64,000 nucleotides of DNA from the NCBI GenBank assembly GCA_017961585.1, contig JAGCWX010000020.1, forward strand, positions 150,310 to 214,309, written 5' to 3'. Origin of the DNA: Elusimicrobiaceae bacterium. GTDB taxonomy: Bacteria; Elusimicrobiota; Elusimicrobia; Elusimicrobiales; Elusimicrobiaceae. A program made the position numbers and the translations under genes. The notes beneath the pieces were generated by a model. The model had not been told where the DNA came from and ran no database searches. It saw only the letters and a list, made by a program, of their open reading frames with translations. Shown here in pieces: positions 19,900 to 30,223 of this stretch. Position 1 is the first letter of the stretch. Every line of letters begins with the position of its first letter.

Positions 19900-20829
19900 T
19901 TACTTTCGGTGTAGGTTGACAAAGGCGGCGGCTTCAATGCCTGCCTTGGCACCGGAACCCGCAGCAATAATTGCCTGGCGGTAATATTTATCGGCGCAAT
20001 CCCCAGCCGCAAAAATGCCTTCAATGGTCGTGTGATTTTTTTCGTCAACTAATACAAGGCCGCGGTCCGACAATGCCACTAAAGAATCTTTCAAAAATGC
20101 AGTTTGCGGATCTGCCCCAATGGCCACAAAAACACCTTGACACTGCAAATCTTGTGTGGCACCGGTTTGCACATTTTTCACGCGCAGGCCGGTTACGGCA
20201 CCGTCGCCCAAAATAGCTTCGGGCACGCTGTTAAGCACAAATTCAATGTTTGGATTTTTTTGCGCTTGCTCAACGGTTACTTGGTCGGCGCGGAAGGCAT
20301 CGCGGCGGTGGACCAAATATACTTTGGGGCAAAATTGTGCCAGGAAAAGCGCGTCTTCAAAAGCTGTGTTCCCCCCACCGATCACACACACTTTTTTGCC
20401 GCGCATGAAAAACCCGTCGCACGTGGCACAGGCCGAAAGACCGTGCCCTTTAAATTGATCTTCGCCAGGCAAGTTGAGCCAGCGCGCTTTGGCCCCGGTG
20501 GCAATAATCACGCTCACAGCGCTGTATTGCTTGCCGCCGGTGGTGGTTAGCGTAAAGGGCGAATGTTCCCCCTCTATCTTGGCAATTTCATCCGTGGAAA
20601 ATTCCACCCCCAAACGTTTGCACTGTTTGTGCATATTGTCCATCAGTTCAAAACCGCCCACGGGGTTTACAAACCCGGCGTAGTTCTCTAGTTCACTGGT
20701 TTGTAAAAGTTGACCGCCCGGCACCGCACCACCACAAATAAGCGGTTTAAGCCCGGCACGCACGGCATAAATAGCCGCACTGCATCCGGCAGGGCCAGCC
20801 CCAATAATAATCAAATCGCGCTCGTTCAT
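19900..20829 (-). CDS. trxB: Thioredoxin-disulfide reductase
   Basis: GAGPAG, PGGQL, CATCDG, GGGNTA, FAAGD. Confidence 0.95.
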   Translation of the reverse strand: MNERDLIIIGAGPAGCSAAIYAVRAGLKPLICGGAVPGGQLLQTSELENYAGFVNPVGGFELMDNMHKQCKRLGVEFSTDEIAKIEGEHSPFTLTTTGGKQYSAVSVIIATGAKARWLNLPGEDQFKGHGLSACATCDGFFMRGKKVCVIGGGNTAFEDALFLAQFCPKVYLVHRRDAFRADQVTVEQAQKNPNIEFVLNSVPEAILGDGAVTGLRVKNVQTGATQDLQCQGVFVAIGADPQTAFLKDSLVALSDRGLVLVDEKNHTTIEGIFAAGDCADKYYRQAIIAAGSGAKAGIEAAAFVNLHRK

Positions 20830-21377
20830 TTGGTAAACTCCTTTTGTAACTGTTGATAAAATTCCACGGGGAAACCCACCACGTTGGTTTTGCTCCCCAC
20901 AATGCGTTCAATAAACGGGTCCTCGTTGTCTTGCACGGCATACGCGCCGGCTTTGTCCATGTGTTTGCCCGCGTAATGGGCCAACTCCGCTTGCGACAAA
21001 CGCCGCGCTTTGCAATGACTTACGTCGTACCCATACACTAATTGGTGGGTATCTTTGCACACCAAACACACCCCGGTATACACGCTTTGCCACGAACCGT
21101 TTAGCTTTTTTAAAATCCGCAAGGCATCGGCTTTGCTTTTGGGTTTGCCGATCACTTCGCCTTTGCAAAACACCAGCGTATCCGCACCGATTACCGTGGC
21201 CGCGGGATATTTGTTGGCCACATCAAACGCTTTTTGAAGGGCCAATTCCACCACCCGCGCGGACGGACGTTTTTTGGTGCTACGCTCGGCGCATTGAGAG
21301 GGAATAATTTCAAATTTTTTTCCCAACTTTTTTAAAATTTCAATACGCCTTGGCGATTTAGAAGCTAAAATCAGCAT
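20826..21377 (-). CDS. maf: Maf-family nucleoside triphosphate pyrophosphatase
   Basis: LILASKSPRR, IGADT, IGKP, DKAGAY, NVVGFP. Confidence 0.93.
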   Translation of the reverse strand: MLILASKSPRRIEILKKLGKKFEIIPSQCAERSTKKRPSARVVELALQKAFDVANKYPAATVIGADTLVFCKGEVIGKPKSKADALRILKKLNGSWQSVYTGVCLVCKDTHQLVYGYDVSHCKARRLSQAELAHYAGKHMDKAGAYAVQDNEDPFIERIVGSKTNVVGFPVEFYQQLQKEFTK

Positions 21378-21378
21378 T

Positions 21379-21597
21379 TTATTTTTTCACAAATTTAACA
21401 AGAATAAGATAGCCAAATATCAGCCCCAACACGCCGCACAACGTAACACTTACGGCCACCGGGTGAATGCCTAGCGTATAGACGCGCGTGAGTGCACCGG
21501 CCAACTGATTAGGCAAAAATCCGGCCAAATACTCCAAGCCCAGGCCCAACACGGCCCCTAATATTAACGTCAAAATCACAAACACAAGTCCGCGCAT
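21379..21597 (-). CDS. Small two-TM membrane protein (DUF4321-like, upstream of maf)
   Basis: 72 aa with two hydrophobic segments; operonic between MFS gene and maf. Confidence 0.6.
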   Translation of the reverse strand: MRGLVFVILTLILGAVLGLGLEYLAGFLPNQLAGALTRVYTLGIHPVAVSVTLCGVLGLIFGYLILVKFVKK

Positions 21598-21620
21598 AAT
21601 TTGCTCCCTAAATAAAACGG

Positions 21621-22871
21621 TCAATTTAAAGTTATTGTATCTTTTTTAATCGGAATCGGGGCATTTTGTTTGCCGTCTTCCTTATCCGTCAAGCTACTAC
21701 GCATACAGAAAAATCCAAGTCCAGCTAAAATAGCGATTGCCCCTACAACCAACCACGGTAGCGCAAGCCCCACGGGGGCCAATGCATCGGACAGGACCCC
21801 CGCCATAAAAAACCCGGCTGCGGAACCAAAATTGTAAAACACCATCAGCATGCCCAAATAGCGCCCGCGTGTTTCGCGGCTGGCAATGTTGGATACTAAT
21901 GTCTGCTCGCCGGGCGAAACAATCAGTTCCCCCACTCCGGCCAAAAATACACCTAGTCCAATGAGCCAAAATGAACCAAAAAATCCAACGGAACCAAACC
22001 CGATTGCATAGAGGGTACATCCAATGAGCATAGCGGTGGAAAGCCGCATTTTTGCCATTAATTTAGTGGCCCAATATTGCAAAAACACCACCACCGCGCC
22101 GTTGATGGTAAAGAACCAACCGATATAGTATTCCGGCATATGCAAATACTGTTTGCAATGGACCGAAAGCCCCACCACCAATTGCGAATTGACTGCCGTA
22201 ATCATGACTACATAAAGGCAAATTTTGGCCAGGCGCATATCTTTTAAAGACAGTAAGGTGGAAACGAAACTGGGTTTGCGTTTGACCGCGGCCAACACGC
22301 GTTTACGGTCGTGCACCAGGCGGGAAACATACAAAATGGTAATGCCATATAAAATAGCCGTCAGGAAAAATGCCATACTGTAGGAATAGCGCACCAAAAA
22401 TCCGCCCACGGCCGGCCCCAACGCCCACCCAATATTGAGCCCAATACGAATAATGCCAAAGGCCTCCACACGGTTGCGCCCGGTAGTGTTATCGGTCACC
22501 CACGCATTGGCGGCCGGGCGAAAAAACGCCCCCAAAAACGTGGTCAAAAAGTAAGTAACCAATACCCAGGCGGCTTGGGCTTGCAGTTCAATACAAAGCC
22601 CCAGGGCAAACATCGCCAAAATTTGGGAAAACAACCCCCACATCATGACGTTTTTGCGCCCAAAGGCGTCGGCCAATTCCCCTGAAATCGCGCTGGACAC
22701 ACAGCGCGACAATCCCGCCAGCGCAATAATCAACCCCGCCACTGCCGGTGTCAAGTGGCGCTGGGTAATTAAGTAAATGGTAAAAAACGGCAAAGAAAGT
22801 CCGTAGCCAAAAAGCAAAATACCATTGGCCACAGAAACCACAATCATACTGTTGCGCGTATAGCGGTGCAT
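21621..22871 (-). CDS. MFS transporter
   Basis: About 12 TMs, motif A GELADAFGRK. Confidence 0.9.
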   Translation of the reverse strand: MHRYTRNSMIVVSVANGILLFGYGLSLPFFTIYLITQRHLTPAVAGLIIALAGLSRCVSSAISGELADAFGRKNVMMWGLFSQILAMFALGLCIELQAQAAWVLVTYFLTTFLGAFFRPAANAWVTDNTTGRNRVEAFGIIRIGLNIGWALGPAVGGFLVRYSYSMAFFLTAILYGITILYVSRLVHDRKRVLAAVKRKPSFVSTLLSLKDMRLAKICLYVVMITAVNSQLVVGLSVHCKQYLHMPEYYIGWFFTINGAVVVFLQYWATKLMAKMRLSTAMLIGCTLYAIGFGSVGFFGSFWLIGLGVFLAGVGELIVSPGEQTLVSNIASRETRGRYLGMLMVFYNFGSAAGFFMAGVLSDALAPVGLALPWLVVGAIAILAGLGFFCMRSSLTDKEDGKQNAPIPIKKDTITLN

Positions 22872-22911
22872 AACTATATTTTAGAAAATTTGAACCCCGC
22901 CTGCACCACTT

Positions 22912-22945
22912 AAAACCGCCCCGAATTTTATCCGGGGCGGTTTTT
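22912..22945. terminator. Terminator downstream of pilin gene
   Basis: aaaaccgccccg/cggggcggtttt. Confidence 0.75.
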
Positions 22946-22946
22946 A

Positions 22947-23444
22947 TTAATCACAAGTGGAACAAGTATAACTTGGGTCTATACTGAGCAATATTTTACA
23001 CATTTGCACACCCTCTTCATCAAACGGCATACAACTCTTGTTAATGCCGCCGTTAGCATCTTTTTCAAAATTGATCCAATGCCCGTTTTTGTAGCTTACA
23101 ACACTACCCCAATATGGAGGGTCTTCCGGCTCAGCATGTATTACATAAGTAAAATCTCCTTTTTTACAACCTCCGCCATAGCCCACACACGTCATTCCAC
23201 TAGACAATTCAATATCCAGCGAAGCGTTTGCATCCAGTCCTATAAAGTCAAGAATTTCTTGGGGATAGCCATGTTCCAATATGTAAGCATCTGTAGCTTG
23301 CATCGCATTTTTTTGAAAAAGTACTACTTCAGCCAGCTTTGCTTTAAGTACCGCTTTCTGATATTGTGGCAACGCTACCGCCGCCAAAATACCGATGATT
23401 AACACTACTACCAACAACTCTATTAACGTGAATCCTGTTTTCAT
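22947..23444 (-). CDS. Type IV pilin-like protein
   Basis: [29 protein letters not shown]; six Cys; SD GGAGG. Confidence 0.9.
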   Translation of the reverse strand: MKTGFTLIELLVVVLIIGILAAVALPQYQKAVLKAKLAEVVLFQKNAMQATDAYILEHGYPQEILDFIGLDANASLDIELSSGMTCVGYGGGCKKGDFTYVIHAEPEDPPYWGSVVSYKNGHWINFEKDANGGINKSCMPFDEEGVQMCKILLSIDPSYTCSTCD

Positions 23445-23574
23445 AATCAGGCCCTCCTATTCTACTATTCTAATAGTATAATGAGAAAACGACAAAAAAA
23501 CAAGGCCCATTTTGGGCCTATATTTTCCCCTCTTTTTTGTACCAACCTGGTGCGCAATTATCTATAATATAAGT

Positions 23575-25812
23575 ATGTCCAAAAAACATACCGCTACCCC
23601 TAAAATTCCAACCCCGGCCCCGGACGGCTGCGCGGCGTTTATTCGCAAGGCCTTGCCACAAGTAACCGGGTGGCTGATTTTACTGGTTAGCGTATGCTTT
23701 TTTACCGGCACGTACGATTCCGCGCACGTCAAGTTGACCCTGATGCAAATAGGCGTTTGCACGCTGCTGGTGCTGTGGGCCGCCCTTAAAATTACCGAGC
23801 ATAAAAACCCGTTTACCCGCCAAAACTTATTGTTTTTAACTCCGCTGTTTATTTACCTGGGCTGGCAAACCCTTTCATTTCTATGCTTTCCTTATAAACT
23901 GGAAGCCGCCGAAGAATTTTTGCGCCTCTTAATGTACGGTGGGGTCAGCACGCTCATTGCGTGTGAATTTACCGCGCAGGATGTACGTACCCTTACCAAT
24001 TTTATGGTCGCTACGGCGTGGATTTGCTTGGTATATGGGCTATTTCAAATTGCTAATATTTGGCTACCCGGGGCAGATTTACTGCCCTGGCACGGATTTT
24101 TTGGCAACCGCATTTTTTCCACCCATGCCAACCCTAACTTTTTTGGTGCATTTATTGTGTTTTCCTCGGCAATTATCGGCGCGCAATTTGTGCAAACACG
24201 CAAAAAGTCGCTCCTGGTTTTACTGACAATCGGTCTAATTGATTTGGCGTTTACTGAAAGTAAAGGGGCGTGGCTGGCCTACGCCGGGCTGCTTGTCTTT
24301 GCCGCGTTTACGTACACTAATTTTATGGCCAACGTTAGGACCCACTTGTCCAAATTCAACCTGGCCGCGCTGGCGGTTTTGCTGCTGGCCGGGGCGGCGG
24401 CCGGCGTTTACAGTGCCAAACGTTTTCAATCCGTTAGTTTCCGTACCTACACGTGGCTTTCTGCATTTGAAATGGTAAAAGATTCCCCCATCCTTGGTAC
24501 CGGGCCGGGCAGTTTTAAACTGGTTTATCCCGCCTATCGCCGGCCGCAAATTTTCTATATTGAAAATGCCCATAATAATGAAACCCAACACGCCGAAAAT
24601 GAAATTTTAGAACAAGCCGCTACGGGCGGGCTTGTCGGCCTGGCGTTGGGGTTGTGGCTGCTGGTTGCGCTGTTTTGGGGCACCTTTAAAACCTTGCGCG
24701 CCTTCCCGGTGGAGGAAGAACCCCGTCAGTGGGCCCTGCTGGGATACAGCGCCGCGCTGATGGGATTGCTGATTCACTCGGTAGTGGATATCAGTTTGCA
24801 CTTTGCCTCCAGCGGGCTTTTGGCGGCCGTCTTTATCGGCGTGATACTTGCTTTGACGATTCCCGTTGTGCCTTCTCAACCGCCAACGCAAACACAGGCC
24901 AAGTATCCGCGCTTATTGTTTTTGACACGTATTGTGGTGGCCCTGGTTTTGATCCTGGCGGCCGGGTACGCCGTGCGGGAATTTTACTTTGTGTGGCGCA
25001 ATATGGCCGTGCAAACCTGGGGCGAAGGGATGTTGCTTTTCTTTGCCTGGAGTGTACTGCTGGGCTGTATCGGTGCGTTGCTGTATGTGTACGGCAAAGT
25101 GCTCTACAAAACCACCCGCCTCAGCGTGGCGTTGTTACTGCTTTTGTGTGCGGCCAGCAACGTGTTTTTCCTGCGATTATTTACCGCCAACCATTATTAC
25201 AGTTTAGGGGTGGCCCTCGTACAACGGGGATATGCCGATACTTCTTTGGGCGCATTTAACGATGCAATCCGCCGCAATCCCTTCTTGGCGGAATATCGCC
25301 ACTACCGCGCAAACGTGTTTGCCACTACGCTTAATTTAACCAAGCATTTTTCCGCGGAACGCGGCGATACCGACAAAGCTCGCACCGATTTTGACCGCGC
25401 CGTGGACGATTTTCAATATACTCTGCGCCACAACCCCAATCACGCACGGTTACACCAAGATATCGGCCAACTTTATTATTCTTTAGAAATGCGTCAATTG
25501 GCCGCCGCGCAGAATGACCCGTCGCAAATGTTCCTTTATCAGCAATTGGCGCACGAAAATTTTACCCTGGCCCAAAAGGCCCTGCAAAAAGCCCTCGCGC
25601 TGGACCCGGTCAACCCCGATACGTATTTAATTTTGGCCAATATGGCCGTTTTACGCCACGACGTAACTGAGGCCCAACATTGGGTAGATACCTACTATCA
25701 AGGGCCTAAAGGCGTTACAGAAGAAGAATTTTTAAAGCATCACCGGGACAACCCACAAATGCAAAATATGCAAATGCACATAAACCGTTTGCGTGCGACA
25801 TTACAACCCTAA
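23575..25812 (+). CDS. O-antigen ligase / O-oligosaccharyltransferase-family membrane protein with C-terminal TPRs
   Basis: Many TMs; STHANPN, TESKGAW, RTYTW..AFEM..DSPILGTGPGSF, HAENEILE; start MSKKH at 23575. Confidence 0.85.
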   Translation: MSKKHTATPKIPTPAPDGCAAFIRKALPQVTGWLILLVSVCFFTGTYDSAHVKLTLMQIGVCTLLVLWAALKITEHKNPFTRQNLLFLTPLFIYLGWQTLSFLCFPYKLEAAEEFLRLLMYGGVSTLIACEFTAQDVRTLTNFMVATAWICLVYGLFQIANIWLPGADLLPWHGFFGNRIFSTHANPNFFGAFIVFSSAIIGAQFVQTRKKSLLVLLTIGLIDLAFTESKGAWLAYAGLLVFAAFTYTNFMANVRTHLSKFNLAALAVLLLAGAAAGVYSAKRFQSVSFRTYTWLSAFEMVKDSPILGTGPGSFKLVYPAYRRPQIFYIENAHNNETQHAENEILEQAATGGLVGLALGLWLLVALFWGTFKTLRAFPVEEEPRQWALLGYSAALMGLLIHSVVDISLHFASSGLLAAVFIGVILALTIPVVPSQPPTQTQAKYPRLLFLTRIVVALVLILAAGYAVREFYFVWRNMAVQTWGEGMLLFFAWSVLLGCIGALLYVYGKVLYKTTRLSVALLLLLCAASNVFFLRLFTANHYYSLGVALVQRGYADTSLGAFNDAIRRNPFLAEYRHYRANVFATTLNLTKHFSAERGDTDKARTDFDRAVDDFQYTLRHNPNHARLHQDIGQLYYSLEMRQLAAAQNDPSQMFLYQQLAHENFTLAQKALQKALALDPVNPDTYLILANMAVLRHDVTEAQHWVDTYYQGPKGVTEEEFLKHHRDNPQMQNMQMHINRLRATLQP

Positions 25813-25855
25813 ATTTGGTAAAATAGAAGTAACTTAATTTTATAAGGAAACAAAC

Positions 25856-27220
25856 ATGATTATTCTTTTTTTAAACTGCGGAAGTTCTTCCGTCAAATAC
25901 AGTGTCTATGACTGGGACCAGAAAAAAAGTCTCTGCGCCGGTGGCGTAGAACGCATTGGGATTGAAGGTGCTTTCATCACACACGATCGCCCGGGCAAGT
26001 TGTCCGTGGAAATCAAACGCCCGTTGGCCAATCACAAAGATGCTATCAATTTAGTTATTCAAACCATTACCAACAAAGAACACGGCGTCATTGAAGATAT
26101 CAACGTAATTAGTGCCGTGGGGCACCGCATCGTACATGGCGGCAAATTTGCCAAGTCCGTCATTGTGGATGACAGCGTGGTGGACGAATTGCGCAACATC
26201 GCCGATTTGGCCCCCCTTCATAACTACGCCCACATCATGGGGATTGAAGCCGCCCGCGCCTTGCTCCCGAACGTGACCCACGTGTGCGTTATGGATACCG
26301 CTTTCCACCAAACAATGCCGGCTGCGGCCTTTATGTATGCCTTGCCGCGCAAATGGTATACCGACTATCGCATCCGCCGTTACGGGTTCCACGGTTCTTC
26401 CGTGCTGTATACTTCCCGCCGCGCGGCTGTGCTGATGGACAAAGAAGTGGACGAAATCAACACCATTGTGTGCCACATCGGTGCCGGTGCCAGCGTAACC
26501 GCCGTCAAAAACGGCCAGTGCATTGATACCAGCATGGGGTTGACCCCGTTGGAAGGGTTGGTGATGGGTTCCCGCTCGGGAGATATTGATCCCTCCGCTT
26601 GCTTTTACATGATGCAAAAGCTGAATATGAAGCCCGAAGAAATGTATACCATTTTGAACAAAAAAAGCGGTATGTATGCCTTGACCGGGGATCGCTTTTC
26701 CGACCAGCGCGATGTACGCAAAGGAATCAACGAAGGCGATGAACTGTGCAAGCTAGCCGTAGATGTTCAGGCACATCGTATCCGCAAATACATCGGCGCT
26801 TATATGCTGGAACTTGGGCGACTGGATAGCATCGTGTTCACGGCCGGTATCGGCGAACGCGCCCCCGATGTGCGTGCGCGCGTGCTGAAGGGATTGGAGA
26901 ATTTTGGAATCGTTATTGATCCGGAACGCAACGAAGCGGCCAACACCAACAAGGCCGAATGTCGTATCTCGGCGGACAATTCCCGCGTGAAAGTATTTGT
27001 AATTCCTACGGATGAAGAAATTGTAGGCGTGCAGGATATTGTGGCGTTACTGGCCGGAACGTATGACGTATATACTAAGTTTAGATATATCTTCCAAGAG
27101 AAAGATTATCGCAATAAACTGCGCGACGCCGCTTTTATAGAGGATGTAAAGAAACACCCCTCACTCTTAAAAGCTGCCGTAAACCTGCCCGAAGCCCTAA
27201 AGCAGGAAGTGAAAAAATGA
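25856..27220 (+). CDS. ackA: Acetate kinase with C-terminal extension
   Basis: NCGSSS, GHRIVHGG, APLHN, DTAFH, YGFHG, PTDEE. Confidence 0.93.
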   Translation: MIILFLNCGSSSVKYSVYDWDQKKSLCAGGVERIGIEGAFITHDRPGKLSVEIKRPLANHKDAINLVIQTITNKEHGVIEDINVISAVGHRIVHGGKFAKSVIVDDSVVDELRNIADLAPLHNYAHIMGIEAARALLPNVTHVCVMDTAFHQTMPAAAFMYALPRKWYTDYRIRRYGFHGSSVLYTSRRAAVLMDKEVDEINTIVCHIGAGASVTAVKNGQCIDTSMGLTPLEGLVMGSRSGDIDPSACFYMMQKLNMKPEEMYTILNKKSGMYALTGDRFSDQRDVRKGINEGDELCKLAVDVQAHRIRKYIGAYMLELGRLDSIVFTAGIGERAPDVRARVLKGLENFGIVIDPERNEAANTNKAECRISADNSRVKVFVIPTDEEIVGVQDIVALLAGTYDVYTKFRYIFQEKDYRNKLRDAAFIEDVKKHPSLLKAAVNLPEALKQEVKK

Positions 27221-27228
27221 TTTGTGCC

Positions 27229-27261
27229 GCCCGTTTGCCTGAATGCAAACGGGCTTTTTTT
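27229..27261 (+). terminator. Intrinsic terminator after ackA
   Basis: gcccgtttgc/gcaaacgggc followed by T7. Confidence 0.8.
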
Positions 27262-27291
27262 AAAGCTGAAAGATAGAAACAGGAGAAAAAA

Positions 27292-27909
27292 ATGTTATTA
27301 CCCAAAGAAGATAAATTCTTTGATTTGTTTGACCGCCAAGCCGAAAACTTAGTGCGTGCGGCCGAGTTTTACAATAAGTTAGCCGCCCAGGGTGCTTTCA
27401 CCCCTGAAAATGTACGCGAAATGCACGAATTTGAACACTATGGCGACGAAATGACCCATGCCATCATCAACACCCTAAACGAAACCTTCATCACCCCGTT
27501 TGACCGTGAAGATATTTTGGCCTTGGCCAACCGCTTGGATGATATTATTGATAATATCTACTTGCTGACCAACCGCTTTTACCTCTATAAAATTGAAAAA
27601 CCTACGGACTACAGCAAAAAGTTAGCTCAAACAATTGAGCAAACCACCCGCGCGTTGCAAAAGGCCGTAGCCACGTTGCGCAGCAATAAACATATGAAGG
27701 ACACCCTACGCCACTGCGTAGAAATCAACCGTTTGGAAAACGAAGGGGATGTGCTGCGCGACGAAGCAATTTCAGACTTATTTGCCAACGAAAAAGACCC
27801 CATTATGGTTATCAAGCAAAAAGAACTTTACGAAATTGCTGAATTAACAACAGACTTTTGCGAACACGTAGCCAATATGGTGGAATCCATTCTAGTTAAG
27901 AACAACTAA
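27292..27909 (+). CDS. DUF47/PhoU-like phosphate transport regulator
   Basis: EHYGDE, FITPFDREDI, ENEGD, ELTTDFCEHVA; precedes a PiT gene. Confidence 0.9.
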   Translation: MLLPKEDKFFDLFDRQAENLVRAAEFYNKLAAQGAFTPENVREMHEFEHYGDEMTHAIINTLNETFITPFDREDILALANRLDDIIDNIYLLTNRFYLYKIEKPTDYSKKLAQTIEQTTRALQKAVATLRSNKHMKDTLRHCVEINRLENEGDVLRDEAISDLFANEKDPIMVIKQKELYEIAELTTDFCEHVANMVESILVKNN

Positions 27910-27913
27910 GCTT

Positions 27914-28960
27914 ATGATGTGGATTATTTTCTTAATTCTATTAGCGCTGTTTTTTGATTACCTAAACGGTTTTCACGATGCTGCTAACGCGGTTTCCACC
28001 GTTATTTCCACCCGCGTATTATCCCCCAAATTTGCAGTGGCCTGGGCGGCATTTTTCAACTTTGTCGCTTTCCTCATTTTCAAAACAGGCGTAGCCAAAA
28101 CCATTGGGGCCGGGATTGTAGACATTAACGTAGTGGACTCAACGCTTATTTTCGGCGCGCTGATGGGCGCTTGTGGTTGGAACTTAATCACTTGGTGGTT
28201 TGGGTTGCCGTCCAGTTCATCACATGCGTTGATCGGCGGGCTAATTGGGGCCGGGTTGGTAAAGGGTGGCTTTGGCGTGTTGGTCGCCGGGGGTATTTTA
28301 AAGACTGTGGCCTTTATATTCATCTCCCCCCTCTTAGGGTATTTACTCAGCACCTTGATGGGTATACTAACCTTTAATATTGCCAATCACTTCAAACCTT
28401 TTAAGGTAGACCGGTTCTTTCGCAAAGCACAGCTGTTTTCTGCCTCCGCTTATGCGTTGGGATACGGTGGCAACGATGCCCAAAAAACCATGGGTATTAT
28501 CAGCATGCTGCTTCTAGGGGGCATGGCCGGGGCCGAAGTGGCCCCCGTGCGTGATTTCTTTTTAACCCATGCTGAAATGCACGCCATTTCTCAAGGTCAA
28601 TTCGTGGTGCCTCTTTCGGTGGTGATTTTATGCCAAGGGGCTATTGCCTTAGGGACGCTTTCCGGCGGATGGCGTATTGTAAAAACTATGGGCCAAAAAA
28701 TTACACGCCTTCGCCCGGTGGACGGCTTTTGTGCCGAATCCGGTGCGGCGTGTTCCATTTTCTTTGCCTCTATTTTAGGAGTTCCCGTGAGCACCACACA
28801 CACCATTACAGGGGCTATTGTGGGGATTGGCTCGCTGCGGCGTTTGTCCGGCGTACGCTGGGGCACGGCCAAACGCATTGTGTGGGCCTGGTTTATTACC
28901 ATCCCGGCCGCGGGTACAATATCGGCATTCTTCTACCTGATTAAAGTGTGGATTTTTTAA
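27914..28960 (+). CDS. pit: Inorganic phosphate transporter (PiT family)
   Basis: NGFHDAANAVST, GLPSSSSHALIGG, GGNDAQKTMG, PVSTTH. Confidence 0.93.
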   Translation: MMWIIFLILLALFFDYLNGFHDAANAVSTVISTRVLSPKFAVAWAAFFNFVAFLIFKTGVAKTIGAGIVDINVVDSTLIFGALMGACGWNLITWWFGLPSSSSHALIGGLIGAGLVKGGFGVLVAGGILKTVAFIFISPLLGYLLSTLMGILTFNIANHFKPFKVDRFFRKAQLFSASAYALGYGGNDAQKTMGIISMLLLGGMAGAEVAPVRDFFLTHAEMHAISQGQFVVPLSVVILCQGAIALGTLSGGWRIVKTMGQKITRLRPVDGFCAESGAACSIFFASILGVPVSTTHTITGAIVGIGSLRRLSGVRWGTAKRIVWAWFITIPAAGTISAFFYLIKVWIF

Positions 28961-28973
28961 AACCCGCAAACTT

Positions 28974-29008
28974 AAAAAAGCCCTGAATGAAAATTCAGGG
29001 CTTTTTTT
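28974..29008. terminator. Bidirectional terminator between pit and pilin
   Basis: aaaaaagccctgaat/attcagggctttttt. Confidence 0.85.
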
Positions 29009-29009
29009 A

Positions 29010-29513
29010 TTAGTCACAACCATAGCAAGTATAACTTGGATCCATACCGCGCAACATCTTACACATTGATACGCCCTCGTCATCTGCTGCACTACAATAC
29101 TTTAGTATATTGCCATCAGCATTTTTTTCAAACACAATCATATTGTCACCCTTGGAAGCTCTACTATTCCACCAAGCAGGAGGCGGCCCCCCTTCCGAAT
29201 CCACGTGGTAGGTAAAGTCTCCCTTTATACACGAGGTTCCCGAACACTCCATTCCTTCCGTCAATTCAATATCCAGGGAAGCGTTAGCATTTGGACCTAG
29301 GAAGGCAAACTCTTCCCCCTGTTTGGGGGCGCCGTTTTCAAGTATCCATATATCCAGTGCTTGCATTGCGTTTTTTTGGAATAGCATCACCTCAGCCAAT
29401 CTGGCTTTCAGCACGGCCTTCTGATATTGTGGCAACGCTACCGCCGCCAAAATACCGATAATCAGAACTACTACCAACAGTTCTATTAACGTAAACCCTT
29501 TACTGTTTTTCAT
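29010..29513 (-). CDS. Type IV pilin-like protein, paralogue of 22947-23444
   Basis: G/FTLIELL N-terminus; same six Cys and [20 protein letters not shown] motifs. Confidence 0.9.
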   Translation of the reverse strand: MKNSKGFTLIELLVVVLIIGILAAVALPQYQKAVLKARLAEVMLFQKNAMQALDIWILENGAPKQGEEFAFLGPNANASLDIELTEGMECSGTSCIKGDFTYHVDSEGGPPPAWWNSRASKGDNMIVFEKNADGNILKYCSAADDEGVSMCKMLRGMDPSYTCYGCD

Positions 29514-29664
29514 ATAATATCTCCTTTATTTTCTCTATTTTCTTATAGTATACAAGTAAAAAAGATTTTTTCAAGGGTAATTTTTTAAAAAAACTTTGCC
29601 CTTTTTGCCACAATATGATATATAATTAAGTAAGGGGTATCGTTCCCCAATACAAGGAGAGTAT

Positions 29665-30216
29665 ATGAAAAAAATTTTATGCCTGGTTGTTGTAGCCGCG
29701 TTAGGTTTGGCGGCTTGCTCTAAAAACAAAAAAGATTCCGCCACCGTTTATTATGATGCCAACGGCAAAGCTTACACCCTTACCGACGGAACAGATGCCA
29801 AAAAAGTAAGCATTAAAGATGCCAAATACCAAATTTTAGACCAAGAGTTTGATAACCTCTTAGCCGCCGAGAAGGATTATGATTCCATCCCGGATTATGA
29901 ATTGCAGGCCTGCGGGGATTCTTACTTACCGCCGGTGGATGCCGCCGCTGTAAAAGCAGCCAAAGCAAAAGCCAAAGCAAAAGCATCCGGTGCTGCCAAG
30001 AGCGTGGAAGCCACCCGTGCCAAAAAAATTACCAACACGACCAACATTTACTACGTAGACGGCCCGAACCCGGACGTACCGGTTTCGTCCACCACTACTA
30101 CCAAAACTGTGTATACCAACGGGGCGGTCAGCTCGTCTACTACCTCCTCGTCTAACACCAAAACAACGGTCAACCCGGATGGTTCGGTTACCACCACCAC
30201 CGTGCGCCCGTACTAA
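29665..30216 (+). CDS. Lipoprotein with Ala/Lys- and Thr/Ser-rich segments
   Basis: Lipobox LGLAAC; SD AGGAG. Confidence 0.75.
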   Translation: MKKILCLVVVAALGLAACSKNKKDSATVYYDANGKAYTLTDGTDAKKVSIKDAKYQILDQEFDNLLAAEKDYDSIPDYELQACGDSYLPPVDAAAVKAAKAKAKAKASGAAKSVEATRAKKITNTTNIYYVDGPNPDVPVSSTTTTKTVYTNGAVSSSTTSSSNTKTTVNPDGSVTTTTVRPY

Positions 30217-30223
30217 TTATTGC

